Below are positions 55,491 through 64,000 of a DNA stretch of 64,000 bases, one piece after another. Source of the stretch: Desulfomicrobium sp. (GTDB taxonomy: Bacteria > Desulfobacterota > Desulfovibrionia > Desulfovibrionales > Desulfomicrobiaceae); assembly GCA_040768745.1 (NCBI GenBank), contig JAXGMI010000001.1, positions 1,600,001 to 1,664,000 of the forward strand, in the 5' to 3' direction. The notes beneath the pieces were generated by a model. It saw only the letters and a list, made by a program, of their open reading frames with translations. It was not told the DNA's origin and did no database searches. The translations under genes and the position numbers were made by a program. Numbering within the stretch: the first letter of the stretch is position 1; the number at the start of each line of letters is the position of its first letter.

Positions 55491-56217
55491 TCTGATCCTG
55501 GGATTTCTTCCCGCCCTGGCCTTCGGGGCCGACGGACCCAATCTCCCTTCCCTTTCCCTGCAGCTCACGAGCGGGCAGGCTGAGCCTCAAAAAGTGGCCG
55601 TGGCTCTGGAAATCATGGCCCTGCTCACGGTTCTCTCCCTGGCTCCTTCTATTGTCCTTACGGTGACGTCCTTCACCCGCATCATCATCGTCTTTCACTT
55701 TCTGCGTCAGGCCATGGGCACTCAGCAGATGCCACCCAACCAAGTTCTTGCCGGGCTAGCCATTTTCATGACGGTGGTCATCATGATGCCCATGGGCAAG
55801 CAGATCAACGACACGGCGCTGCAACCCTATCTGAAGGAAGAAATCGGCTACTCCGATGCCCTGCACAAGGCGGAAAGTCCATTACGGTCTTTTTTGTTCA
55901 AGCATACCAGAGAGAAGGACCTGTCCGTATTTTTTTCCATTACGGGGCTGGAGCGGCCTAAAACCAAAGAGGACGTGCCAACCATGGTTCTGGTGCCTGC
56001 GTACATGATCAGCGAACTCAAGACTGGATTTCAGATCGGGTTTCTCATCTACATCCCCTTTCTGATCCTGGACATGGTGGTGGCAAGCATTCTCCTTTCC
56101 ATGGGCATGATGATGCTTCCGCCAGTCATGGTTTCACTGCCGTTCAAGGTGCTGCTTTTCGTCATGGTTGACGGGTGGAACTTAATCATTGGCTCTCTCG
56201 TCAACAGTTTTGTCTAA
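55426..56217 (+). CDS. fliP: Flagellar export gate protein FliP
   Basis: TSFTRII, QQMPPNQVL, ISELKTGFQIGF, MGMMMLPP; start uncertain. Confidence 0.95.
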   Translation: MKQTGIFKAPWSARTGRILLVSLILGFLPALAFGADGPNLPSLSLQLTSGQAEPQKVAVALEIMALLTVLSLAPSIVLTVTSFTRIIIVFHFLRQAMGTQQMPPNQVLAGLAIFMTVVIMMPMGKQINDTALQPYLKEEIGYSDALHKAESPLRSFLFKHTREKDLSVFFSITGLERPKTKEDVPTMVLVPAYMISELKTGFQIGFLIYIPFLILDMVVASILLSMGMMMLPPVMVSLPFKVLLFVMVDGWNLIIGSLVNSFV

Positions 56218-56239
56218 CCAGAACTTCCAGGTGTACGGA

Positions 56240-56509
56240 ATGACCCCCGAATTCATTATCGGTTTTGCCCGCCAGTCCATCGAGTTGACCCTGGCCATCG
56301 CCCTGCCCATGCTCGGAGTGGGTCTGGGCGTGGGCGTCATCGTCAGCATTCTGCAGGCCGCAACCCAGATTCAGGAAATGACCCTGACGTTTGTGCCCAA
56401 GATCATTGCCGTTTTTGTGGCCCTCCTCATTTCTTTTCCCTGGATCATGGACAAGATGATCACCTTCACGCGGGATATCTTTTTAAATTTTCCGCAGTAT
56501 ATCAGGTAA
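56240..56509 (+). CDS. fliQ: Flagellar export gate protein FliQ
   Basis: QAATQIQEMTLTFVPK; ATG 56240. Confidence 0.95.
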   Translation: MTPEFIIGFARQSIELTLAIALPMLGVGLGVGVIVSILQAATQIQEMTLTFVPKIIAVFVALLISFPWIMDKMITFTRDIFLNFPQYIR

Positions 56510-57262
56510 CGAGAGTGCGGCCTGTCTCCGCAGCATTTCAGTCATGATCATGGCGCCCGCCTGAGCGACATTCAGCGAGTCAAATCCGCCCCGCATGGGA
56601 ATGGTGAGCAGGGCCTCGCAGCGTTTCTGAACGTTGGGGCGAATGCCTTTGTCTTCATTTCCGAGCACCAGGACCGCTGGAAAACGAATTGTGCTTTCGA
56701 AGACTGAGAGTGCATCATCCTCCATGCCGGAGCCGTAGACCGCGAGCCCTGCCTCGACGCAAGCGTCCAGTGCCCTGGCGAGATTGACGACCTGGCACAA
56801 TGGGATTTGGTCCAGAGCGCCCGCCGCAGCTTTGGCCGCAGCAGGCCCCAGAAAGGCCGCGCGGTCACGGGGGAAAAGAAGCCCCGCTCCGCCCAAGGCG
56901 TGGAGAGTGCGCGCCAGCGTGCCCACGTTCCCGGGGTCTTGGACCTGGTCCAATGCTATGATGAGGGGAAACAGAGACGACCCTGCCCCTGAGATGAGTT
57001 CTTCCAGATCCACGAGGCGCTGCTGACACAGGCGGGCAATGACACCCTGGTGGTTGCCCGTGAACATGCGGTCCAACTCCGTTCGTGGCACCTTGCGGAA
57101 TCTGATTCCCGTCTCCCGGCATTTCGTAATGATTTCACCAAGTCCAGCCCCTTCCTCGGCCAGAAAGATCGTGTCCACGACTTCCGGTCGCGAGGAGAGG
57201 AGCTCAAACACTGGCTTTCGACCGGGCGTAAGGTGATGGGCGGAGTTTGATTGCATTTTCAT
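56483..57262 (-). CDS. rlmB: 23S rRNA Gm2251 2'-O-methyltransferase (TrmH/SpoU family)
   Basis: NHQG, LDQVQDPGNVG, LGNEDKG, DSLNVA; start at ATG 57262 or 57256. Confidence 0.88.
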   Translation of the reverse strand: MKMQSNSAHHLTPGRKPVFELLSSRPEVVDTIFLAEEGAGLGEIITKCRETGIRFRKVPRTELDRMFTGNHQGVIARLCQQRLVDLEELISGAGSSLFPLIIALDQVQDPGNVGTLARTLHALGGAGLLFPRDRAAFLGPAAAKAAAGALDQIPLCQVVNLARALDACVEAGLAVYGSGMEDDALSVFESTIRFPAVLVLGNEDKGIRPNVQKRCEALLTIPMRGGFDSLNVAQAGAMIMTEMLRRQAALSLPDILRKI

Positions 57263-57391
57263 TTCGCAGTCCATCCCGACTCCGGGGTCGGTTTGCTTTT
57301 TGTTTTTTTTTTCTGTACCAGGGCAAAATGTTCGATCTCGCTGCATCGTGCGGACACGCTGCAGGGGCCAACTTTTGACCAGGAGATTGTT

Positions 57392-59032
57392 TTGACAGTT
57401 GATCTACGCGCGCTTGTCCTCGTCGCGGTTCTTGTCCTGGCCGGCTGTATGCCTGCCAAGAAGGCGCAGGGACCGGTGCAGGCCGTACCCAATGTCGGAG
57501 TTGCGACCCAGGATTCAGGTCCGGCTGGAGTTCCTTCCTCAACTACGGCGCCAGGGACGGAAGTGGCCAGCCAGGATGAGGATATCGACCCGACAGATGT
57601 CCTGCAGGGACGGGAGAACCTGCCCGAAGCCGAGGCCCTCTCCGCTGAGGAAAAGCGGATCCTTGATATGGATATATCATTCCCTGTGGGCCTGGATACA
57701 GACGAAAATGAGGATGTCCAGCGCTATTTTCACTACTACACCCATGTTCATCGCGGCACCATGGAAGGTTGGCTCAAACGGGCTCAACTCTATCTGCCGC
57801 ATATCCGCAAGCGGTTTCTGGAAGAGGGACTGCCGGAAGATTTGATCTATCTGCCTTTTGCAGAAAGCGGGTTCAATACCTTCGCATTGTCCAAGGCCGG
57901 GGCCAGCGGTGTATGGCAATTCATGCCCCAGACAGGTATCAATTATGGGTTGGCCGTGGATGCCTGGGTGGATGAGCGCAGGGATCCCTACAAATCCACA
58001 GAAGCGGCCATCAAGTATCTGAAGAAACTGTATGATATCTTTGGAGATTGGCCTTTGGCCCTGGCCGCGTACAACGCCGGGGAGGGAGCCATTGACCGGG
58101 CCATGAAAAAGACCGGCTGCGAGGATTATGTCAGCCTTTGCAGGACCTCTGCGGTGCTGAAGGAAGAGACCAAACTCTATGTCCCCAAGTTTCTGGCCTT
58201 GGTCAAGATTGCCCGCAACCTCGAAAAACTGGGTTTTGCACCCATTGATTGGAGCAAGCGTCCAGCGGTTCCAGCCAAGCTGCAGGTCAAACCAGGGACA
58301 GATCTCCTTGGTCTGGCCCACAGCATGGGACTGGACTGGAAGGCGTTCCGCGAACTCAACCCTGTTTTCCGCAAGCAGGAGGCTCCATCCGATCGTTTGG
58401 CACAAGTGGCGGTTCCCGGGCATCTTGTGGCCAAGGCCGAAGAGTATTTGAAGCGTCCGGTAGTGCCCAGGAAGACCGAACTCGCCATGTACAGGATCAA
58501 GCCTGGAGACACGTGGTGGAAAGTCGCCCAGAAATATGGCGTTTCGCCCAAGGCGCTGCAGGAAGCCAATAAATCCACCGGTGCCAGTCGGCTTCAGGTC
58601 GGGAAGTCATTGCGGATTCCTGGTAACGCCAAGGAAGTGGGACCTGCAGATGTCGCCCAGACCAGAAAATGGGCTTCCAAGCGGGCCAATTACATTGTGC
58701 GTCAGGGGGACACAGTCTGGTCCCTGGCCAGGAAATTCAACACGGATGCGGCTTCCCTGCTCAAAGCCAACGGTCTCAATTCAGGAGAAACCGTCAAGGT
58801 GGGGCAGAAGCTTTTCGTGCCTGACGCCGGCAGTGTCGAGATCAGGGAGACCAAGGCCAAAGCTGACGCTGTGCGTCAGGAGCGAGTCAGCTACCAGGTG
58901 CAGGCCGGGGACACTTTGTGGAACATTGCCAAGCGATTCGGGGTCAGTCCCGGGGAAATCCGAAAATGGAACAATCTGGCGGAAAATGACTCCATCCGAC
59001 CAGGTGACAGACTCAAGGTTCTCATTCGCTAG
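57392..59032 (+). CDS. MltD-like lytic transglycosylase lipoprotein with three LysM domains
   Basis: TTG 57392 after AGGAG; lipobox LAGC; AESG, GVWQFM, AAYNAG; three GDTxW LysM motifs. Confidence 0.9.
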   Translation: MTVDLRALVLVAVLVLAGCMPAKKAQGPVQAVPNVGVATQDSGPAGVPSSTTAPGTEVASQDEDIDPTDVLQGRENLPEAEALSAEEKRILDMDISFPVGLDTDENEDVQRYFHYYTHVHRGTMEGWLKRAQLYLPHIRKRFLEEGLPEDLIYLPFAESGFNTFALSKAGASGVWQFMPQTGINYGLAVDAWVDERRDPYKSTEAAIKYLKKLYDIFGDWPLALAAYNAGEGAIDRAMKKTGCEDYVSLCRTSAVLKEETKLYVPKFLALVKIARNLEKLGFAPIDWSKRPAVPAKLQVKPGTDLLGLAHSMGLDWKAFRELNPVFRKQEAPSDRLAQVAVPGHLVAKAEEYLKRPVVPRKTELAMYRIKPGDTWWKVAQKYGVSPKALQEANKSTGASRLQVGKSLRIPGNAKEVGPADVAQTRKWASKRANYIVRQGDTVWSLARKFNTDAASLLKANGLNSGETVKVGQKLFVPDAGSVEIRETKAKADAVRQERVSYQVQAGDTLWNIAKRFGVSPGEIRKWNNLAENDSIRPGDRLKVLIR

Positions 59033-59056
59033 AATGGTCCAGAGATGATGATGTTG

Positions 59057-59088
59057 AAACGGCAGGCGCAAGACCTGCCGTTTTTTTT
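59057..59088 (+). terminator. Intrinsic terminator after the LysM transglycosylase
   Basis: AAACGGCAGG-CGCAAGA-CCTGCCG followed by T8. Confidence 0.85.
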
Positions 59089-59253
59089 ACTGCGTGCACC
59101 GGGACAGATCGGCAGCTAGGGGAAGGGATTCATCGTCAAGAGGGCAGTCGGAAAAGGAGAATCCAAGAGAGGTTGCCCGAGCATCCTCGGGTTTTTCCAC
59201 ATCTGCCTCTGCGCCGGCAGATCCGGGTTTGGTCCAACGGGAAGGAGGGCAGG

Positions 59254-60066
59254 TCAAGCCCTGATCTTCGTTCCCAGGGTCTGTTCGAGCAGTGCCAGTG
59301 CCTGCGCAAAGTCGAATCGGAGGCCAGTCCAGCGTTCGAATTGGGCCAGTCCCTGGCCCACGAACATGGGCAACCCATGGAGAATCTCCACCCGCTCACG
59401 TTCCGCCTGGGCCAGAAGAGGGGTTTGTCTGGGATTGTAGACCAGATCGTAGACAAGGGAGATGCCGTGCAGGGTGTCCTTCCACGGGGAGAGGGACTGA
59501 AAGGGACCGGACATGCCCAGGGGCGTGGTGTTGACCAGCAGGTCTGGACGCACTGTGTGGCGTTCGGACCAGGCCACATGATCGGCTTGAAAGGAAAGGG
59601 CCAAACGGTCGGCCCGGGTTTGCGTCCGGGCCGAGAGACATACCGTCCAACCAGCCTTGTGCAGACCGCAGAGGGCTGCCCGTGCCGCCCCGCCAGCCCC
59701 AAGAATGAGCGCGGTTCCGGGCTTGATGCCGCGTTCCAGAAGTGGAGCCATGAACCCGGTCACATCTGTGTTGTCCCCCCAGAGCTTTCCGTTTTGCCAG
59801 AAGAGGGTATTCACGGCGCCAATGAGTCTGGCGTTTTCAGCCAGTTCGTCGACCATGGGTATGACCGTTTCCTTGTGCGGGATGGTCACGCTGAGGCCGT
59901 GGATGGGCAGAGTGCGCAGCGCGGCCATGAAGGCGGGAAGCTTTTGCGGCGGCGTGTCCCAAACATGGTAGGAGGCCTGGACATCCAGTTCTCGAAAGGC
60001 CCAGTTGTGCAGGACAGGGCTCAAGGTGTGTGCAAGGGGGTGCCCGATGATGCCGAAGAGTTTCAT
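59254..60066 (-). CDS. aroE: Shikimate dehydrogenase
   Basis: GHPLAHTLSP, SVTIPHK, GAVNT, NTD, GAGGAA, DLVYNP; ATG 60066 with GGGAGG SD. Confidence 0.95.
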   Translation of the reverse strand: MKLFGIIGHPLAHTLSPVLHNWAFRELDVQASYHVWDTPPQKLPAFMAALRTLPIHGLSVTIPHKETVIPMVDELAENARLIGAVNTLFWQNGKLWGDNTDVTGFMAPLLERGIKPGTALILGAGGAARAALCGLHKAGWTVCLSARTQTRADRLALSFQADHVAWSERHTVRPDLLVNTTPLGMSGPFQSLSPWKDTLHGISLVYDLVYNPRQTPLLAQAERERVEILHGLPMFVGQGLAQFERWTGLRFDFAQALALLEQTLGTKIRA

Positions 60067-60141
60067 GGCAGCCTCCCGGTTGTGGTGAGAAAAAGGAGAG
60101 AGACAGCCCGGGGCCACTTGCCGACCCCGGGTGGTCAGGAG

Positions 60142-60705
60142 TTACACGTACTGCCCGTGGGCAATGACGTAATCGGCCCCGGCCTGGATGGCTGCGGCGT
60201 TTTTGGGGATCATATGGCTGTAGTGTTCGGAGATGACTGAACCAAGGCTGTCCTGGACTTGTTTGACAGGCAGGACACCGGTGGCTTGCACATACGCTCC
60301 AATGGCGACCATGTTGGCCATGCGGCTGTTGCCCAAGCTGTCCGCTATTTCGTTCACCGGCACGGCATAGACCTTGACCCGGTTTTTGTCGGACTTGACC
60401 GGGTCAATGAGGGAGGAGTTGAGGATCAAGATCCCTCCGTCCTGCAGCTGGGGCTGGAACTTGTCCAGGGACGGTCCGTTCATGATGATCAGACTCACAG
60501 GCGAGCGGATGATGGGTGAGCCGATGACGTCATCAGATACGACTACGGTGCAGTTGGCCGTGCCCCCACGCATTTCAGGACCATAGACCGGGATGTATGT
60601 CACGTTCAGCCCCGCGTTCATGCCCGCATAAGCCAGGAGATTGCCGATGAGCATGACGCCCTGGCCTCCAAATCCGGCGATGATTGCATCCTGGTACATG
60701 CTCAT
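60142..60705 (-). CDS. 2-oxoacid:ferredoxin oxidoreductase gamma subunit
   Basis: AGFGGQGV, YGPEMRGGTA, ANMVAIG. Confidence 0.92.
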   Translation of the reverse strand: MSMYQDAIIAGFGGQGVMLIGNLLAYAGMNAGLNVTYIPVYGPEMRGGTANCTVVVSDDVIGSPIIRSPVSLIIMNGPSLDKFQPQLQDGGILILNSSLIDPVKSDKNRVKVYAVPVNEIADSLGNSRMANMVAIGAYVQATGVLPVKQVQDSLGSVISEHYSHMIPKNAAAIQAGADYVIAHGQYV

Positions 60706-61469
60706 TTTTCCTCCTTGGCCAGCACGTCCTTGAAGTTCCCCAGGGGGAAGTAGGGGATCATTTCCGTTTCAATGCGCTTGTTGGCCTGGATCGGGGTCAT
60801 GCGCCAGTTGGTCGGACAAGTTGCCAGTACCTCCACAAAGGAAAACCCGATCTCCTTGGTCTGGCATTCGAATGCCTTGGTGACGGCCTTTTGGGCTTTT
60901 TTGATGTTCTTGATGTTGTTTACGGCCACGCGCTCGGCAAAGGCAACTCCACCCAGGGACGCAATGATTTCAGTCATGCGAATGGGCATGCCTTCGTTCT
61001 CTCGGCACCGCCCGCCAGGACAGGTGGTGGTTTTCTGTCCGACCAGGGTGGTCGGGGCCATCTGGCCGCCGGTCATGCCGTAGACGGTGTTGTTGACGAA
61101 AATCGTGGTGATGTTCTCGCCTCGGTTGGCGCAATGCATGATTTCAGCCATTCCGATGGAAGCCAAGTCACCGTCACCCTGGTAGCTGAAGACGATCTTG
61201 TCGGGCCTGGCCCGTTTCACACCTGTGGCTACGGCAGGGGCGCGTCCGTGCGGCGATTCGATGGCGTCCAGGGAAAGGTAGTTGTAAATGAAGACCGAGC
61301 AGCCAATGGAGCCGATGAGGATGGTCTTGTCCACCAGGCCCAGTTCGGTGATGGCCTCAGCCACCAGGCGATGGGCAATGCCGTGGTGGCAGCCCGGGCA
61401 GTAGTGGGAGGCCCTATCCGTGAGGACCTCGGGGTAGTTGGTGACGCGAATTTCCTGATTCATGCTCAT
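60702..61469 (-). CDS. 2-oxoacid:ferredoxin oxidoreductase beta (TPP-binding) subunit
   Basis: YCPGCHHG, IGC, HGRAPA, GDGD, YGMTGGQ. Confidence 0.92.
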   Translation of the reverse strand: MSMNQEIRVTNYPEVLTDRASHYCPGCHHGIAHRLVAEAITELGLVDKTILIGSIGCSVFIYNYLSLDAIESPHGRAPAVATGVKRARPDKIVFSYQGDGDLASIGMAEIMHCANRGENITTIFVNNTVYGMTGGQMAPTTLVGQKTTTCPGGRCRENEGMPIRMTEIIASLGGVAFAERVAVNNIKNIKKAQKAVTKAFECQTKEIGFSFVEVLATCPTNWRMTPIQANKRIETEMIPYFPLGNFKDVLAKEEK

Positions 61470-62527
61470 CCCTCCAGCGCCTTCAGAATGGGTTGCTCGA
61501 AATCGTCGGGAGTGGGCAGGTTGCCTGGCAGTTGGCCATGGAAGGCCGAGTCGGCCACGGTCCGGATGGCCAGACGCACGTCCTCGACCATCTGGCCCAT
61601 GTTGTGCTCGATGGTCAGGAAGCGTTTGCCCTGCCTCGCCAGATCCAAGAGTACCGCGGAAGGGAAGGGGAAAAGGGTGATGGGCCTCACCAATCCGACC
61701 TTGTGCCCCTGGGCGCGCAGCTTACGGATTGTGCTCTTGACGATGCGGCCTATGGAGCCGAAGGCCACAACGATGAGGTCGGCGTCTTCGGTCAGGAACA
61801 GTTCCTGGTCTGTTTCAACCTGCATGGCCCTGTACTTGGCGGCCAGCTTTTCATTCTGCCCGGCCAGGGCTCCGTCATCGAGAAAGAGAGATTTCAAGAG
61901 GCGCGGGGCTCGGCTCTTGGCCCCCTGCAAGCCCCAGTCCTGGCCTTCATCCGGGTCCAGACCCTGTGGGATCCATGGCACCAGGGGCTCTTTCATCTGG
62001 CCGATGATGGCGTCGGCCAGAATCATGACGGGGTTGCGGTACTTGAAGGCCAGGTCAAAGGCCTTGATGGTCAGGTCGTAGGCTTCTTGTACGGTGCCCG
62101 GGGCAAGGACCAGCAGGTGGTAGTCGCCGTGACCCCCGCCCTTGGTGGCCTGGAAATAGTCGCCCTGAGAGGGGCCGATGTCCCCCAGGCCGGGGCCACC
62201 GCGGCTGACGTTGACAATGACTCCGGGAATTTCGCTGCCAGCCATGTAGGAAATGGCTTCCTGCTTCAGGGAAATGCCGGGGCTGGACGAGGAGGTCAGG
62301 GCGCGGATGCCACATCCGGCAGCGCCCAGGAGCATGTTGGCCGCGGCCACTTCGCTTTCCGCCTGAACAAACTGTCCACCGGCCTCGATCATGGCTGCGG
62401 ACATGAATTCGGGGATGTCATTCTGGGGTGTGATGGGGTAGCCGAAAAAGCACTTTGCGCCGGCGGTCAGAGCACCGTGGCAAATGGCTTCATTTCCTTT
62501 GACGAAAATGCGCTTGGGCGTGCTCAT
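61466..62527 (-). CDS. 2-oxoacid:ferredoxin oxidoreductase alpha subunit (VorB-like)
   Basis: KGNEAI, GYPITPQ, QAESE, TSSSSPG, RGGPGLG; ATG 62527. Confidence 0.92.
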   Translation of the reverse strand: MSTPKRIFVKGNEAICHGALTAGAKCFFGYPITPQNDIPEFMSAAMIEAGGQFVQAESEVAAANMLLGAAGCGIRALTSSSSPGISLKQEAISYMAGSEIPGVIVNVSRGGPGLGDIGPSQGDYFQATKGGGHGDYHLLVLAPGTVQEAYDLTIKAFDLAFKYRNPVMILADAIIGQMKEPLVPWIPQGLDPDEGQDWGLQGAKSRAPRLLKSLFLDDGALAGQNEKLAAKYRAMQVETDQELFLTEDADLIVVAFGSIGRIVKSTIRKLRAQGHKVGLVRPITLFPFPSAVLLDLARQGKRFLTIEHNMGQMVEDVRLAIRTVADSAFHGQLPGNLPTPDDFEQPILKALEG

Positions 62528-62763
62528 GCAGCACCTCCTTTGGCGGATTCCGTCTTGAAGACGTTGATGGCATAATCTGGGCAGATCATGGCGCAAAACG
62601 CGCAGCCCTTGCATTCGGTCATCATTTCGGCGGTGACTTCGGCCACCTTGTATCCTTTCTGATTGAACCGGTTCGATTGCTGGATAATGCCGGTCGGGCA
62701 GACTTCGGTACAGAGCAGGCAGCCCTTGCAACGGTCTTCCCGGAACTCGACTCTACTCGGCAT
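62524..62763 (-). CDS. 2x[4Fe-4S] ferredoxin (delta subunit)
   Basis: CKGCLLCTEVCP and CKGCAFCAMICP. Confidence 0.92.
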   Translation of the reverse strand: MPSRVEFREDRCKGCLLCTEVCPTGIIQQSNRFNQKGYKVAEVTAEMMTECKGCAFCAMICPDYAINVFKTESAKGGAA

Positions 62764-62819
62764 GGAATACCTCCACGGGAGATGATGTTAACATGACCAT
62801 GACAGAAGATGAGATTGCT

Positions 62820-63905
62820 TCAGCGGATGACCATGGCGTCTCCATAGGAAAAGAAGCGAAAGCCTCTCTTTACCGCATGATCGTAGGCATCGATAATCTG
62901 TTGCCTCCCCGCCAGTGCGCTGACCATAATGATTAGGGAGGAGCGGGGCAAGTGGAAGTTGGTGATGAGCTGGTCAACGACCTTGAATCTGTATCCGGGA
63001 TAAATGAAAATGTCGGTCCAGCCCCGGAAGGGGCCAATCTCTCCGAGGTGCGAGGCCATGCTCTCCAGGGTGCGGGTCGTGGTCGTGCCCACGGCCACCA
63101 CGGGACGCCCTTCGGCCTTGGCCCTGGCGATGGTCACGGCGGTTTCCTCCGGCACTTCGGCGTATTCGGCGTGCATGACATGCTCGCGGATGTCGTCGCA
63201 GCGCACGGGGCTGAAGGTGCCGTAGCCCACGTAGAGCGTGACCTCGGCCGTACGGATGCCGCGCCCTTCCAGGGCGGCCATGATCCCCGGCGTGAAGTGC
63301 AGCCCGGCCGTGGGCGCGGCCACGGAGCCGAGCTTGTCCTCGCGGGAGTAGACGGTTTGGTAGCGGTCGCGGTCTTCGCCCTTGTCCTCGCGGCGGATGT
63401 AGGGGGGCAGGGGGATGTGTCCCCGCCTCAGGAAATGGTCGGCCAGTTCGCCCCGCCAGCGCAGGCGGACGCGGCTGCGGCCGAACTCGCCCTTCTCCAG
63501 GACCAGGAGTTCCAGGCCGTCGAAATGCAGCCGTTCGCCCGGCCTGGGGCCCTTGGAGGCTTTGAGCAGGCCTTCGGCCTCGGCCGCATTCCAGCCGTCC
63601 GGGCCGGTTTCTGGCTCGATCAGGGACAGGGGCGTGAGGAGCAGGAACTCAGCCCTGCCGCCGGACTCCTTGTGCCCGATGAGCCGGGCCGGGAGGACCT
63701 TGGTGTTGTTGACGACCATCAACGCGTCCTTGGGCAGCAGTTCCGCGACGTCCGCGAACATGCAATCGCGCAGCTCTCCGCTGGAGCGGTCGAGCACCAG
63801 CAGTCGCGACGCCCCGCGCCGCTCGGCCGGGTCCTGGGCGATCTGGGACTCGGGCAGGTCGAAATCGTAGGATTGGAGATTGAATTCCTCGGGGATAGCG
63901 GTCAT
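62820..63905 (-). CDS. queA: S-adenosylmethionine:tRNA ribosyltransferase-isomerase
   Basis: YDFDLP, PLPPYI, RYQTVY, AAPTAGLHF, VGTT, TNFHLP, FSYGD; ATG 63905. Confidence 0.96.
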   Translation of the reverse strand: MTAIPEEFNLQSYDFDLPESQIAQDPAERRGASRLLVLDRSSGELRDCMFADVAELLPKDALMVVNNTKVLPARLIGHKESGGRAEFLLLTPLSLIEPETGPDGWNAAEAEGLLKASKGPRPGERLHFDGLELLVLEKGEFGRSRVRLRWRGELADHFLRRGHIPLPPYIRREDKGEDRDRYQTVYSREDKLGSVAAPTAGLHFTPGIMAALEGRGIRTAEVTLYVGYGTFSPVRCDDIREHVMHAEYAEVPEETAVTIARAKAEGRPVVAVGTTTTRTLESMASHLGEIGPFRGWTDIFIYPGYRFKVVDQLITNFHLPRSSLIIMVSALAGRQQIIDAYDHAVKRGFRFFSYGDAMVIR

Positions 63906-64000
63906 GTTTTCCTCATGTCCACGTGCTGCTAGCCCAAGCGGCCGGGAATCGCAATTCTCCCCAACCACCATCAACCGCCGGCCCGAATATGACATCAGAC

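Noticed and set aside
56483..56509. 27-nt convergent overlap of fliQ and rlmB
   Set aside because: Short 3' overlaps of convergent genes are common; no further signal.
59090..59253. Spacer between the convergent transglycosylase and aroE with small hairpins and a minus-strand TTGACG
   Set aside because: No RNA family recognised and promoter spacing is poor (15 bp); an sRNA cannot be supported without an Rfam search or RNA-seq.

Overview
Mostly core chromosome of a sulfate-reducing Desulfovibrionales bacterium (Desulfomicrobium-like; an inference from gene order and protein sequences). In order: the 5' part of a Lon-family protease gene cut by the window edge; a decayed IS3-family element with a 4-bp target duplication; the F0 part of a split ATP synthase operon (atpZ/I-atpI-atpB-atpE) followed by rex, with two Rex-like boxes; rpmE-prfA-prmC-lpxC; three tRNAs, tuf, rpmG, tRNA-Trp, secE-nusG-rplKAJL-rpoBC; the str/S10/spc/alpha ribosomal superoperon with a second, nearly identical tuf; a LysR-selD-ASKHA/2Fe-2S operon in which selD is a UGA-readthrough selenoprotein; recJ, DUF2156, topA, era, yggS; a flagellar motor cluster with one motA and two different motB genes; rlmB, a LysM lytic transglycosylase, aroE, a four-subunit 2-oxoacid:ferredoxin oxidoreductase, and queA. 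I see no CRISPR array, prophage or defence island, and cannot show a wholly new system. The most promising leads are a GC-mosaic queA, the 1 MotA:2 MotB stator, the selD-ASKHA coupling, a terminator hairpin containing the prfA stop codon, an S12 K88R/R83L allele and a ~17-aa insertion in RpoC. All counts and alignments were done by eye.
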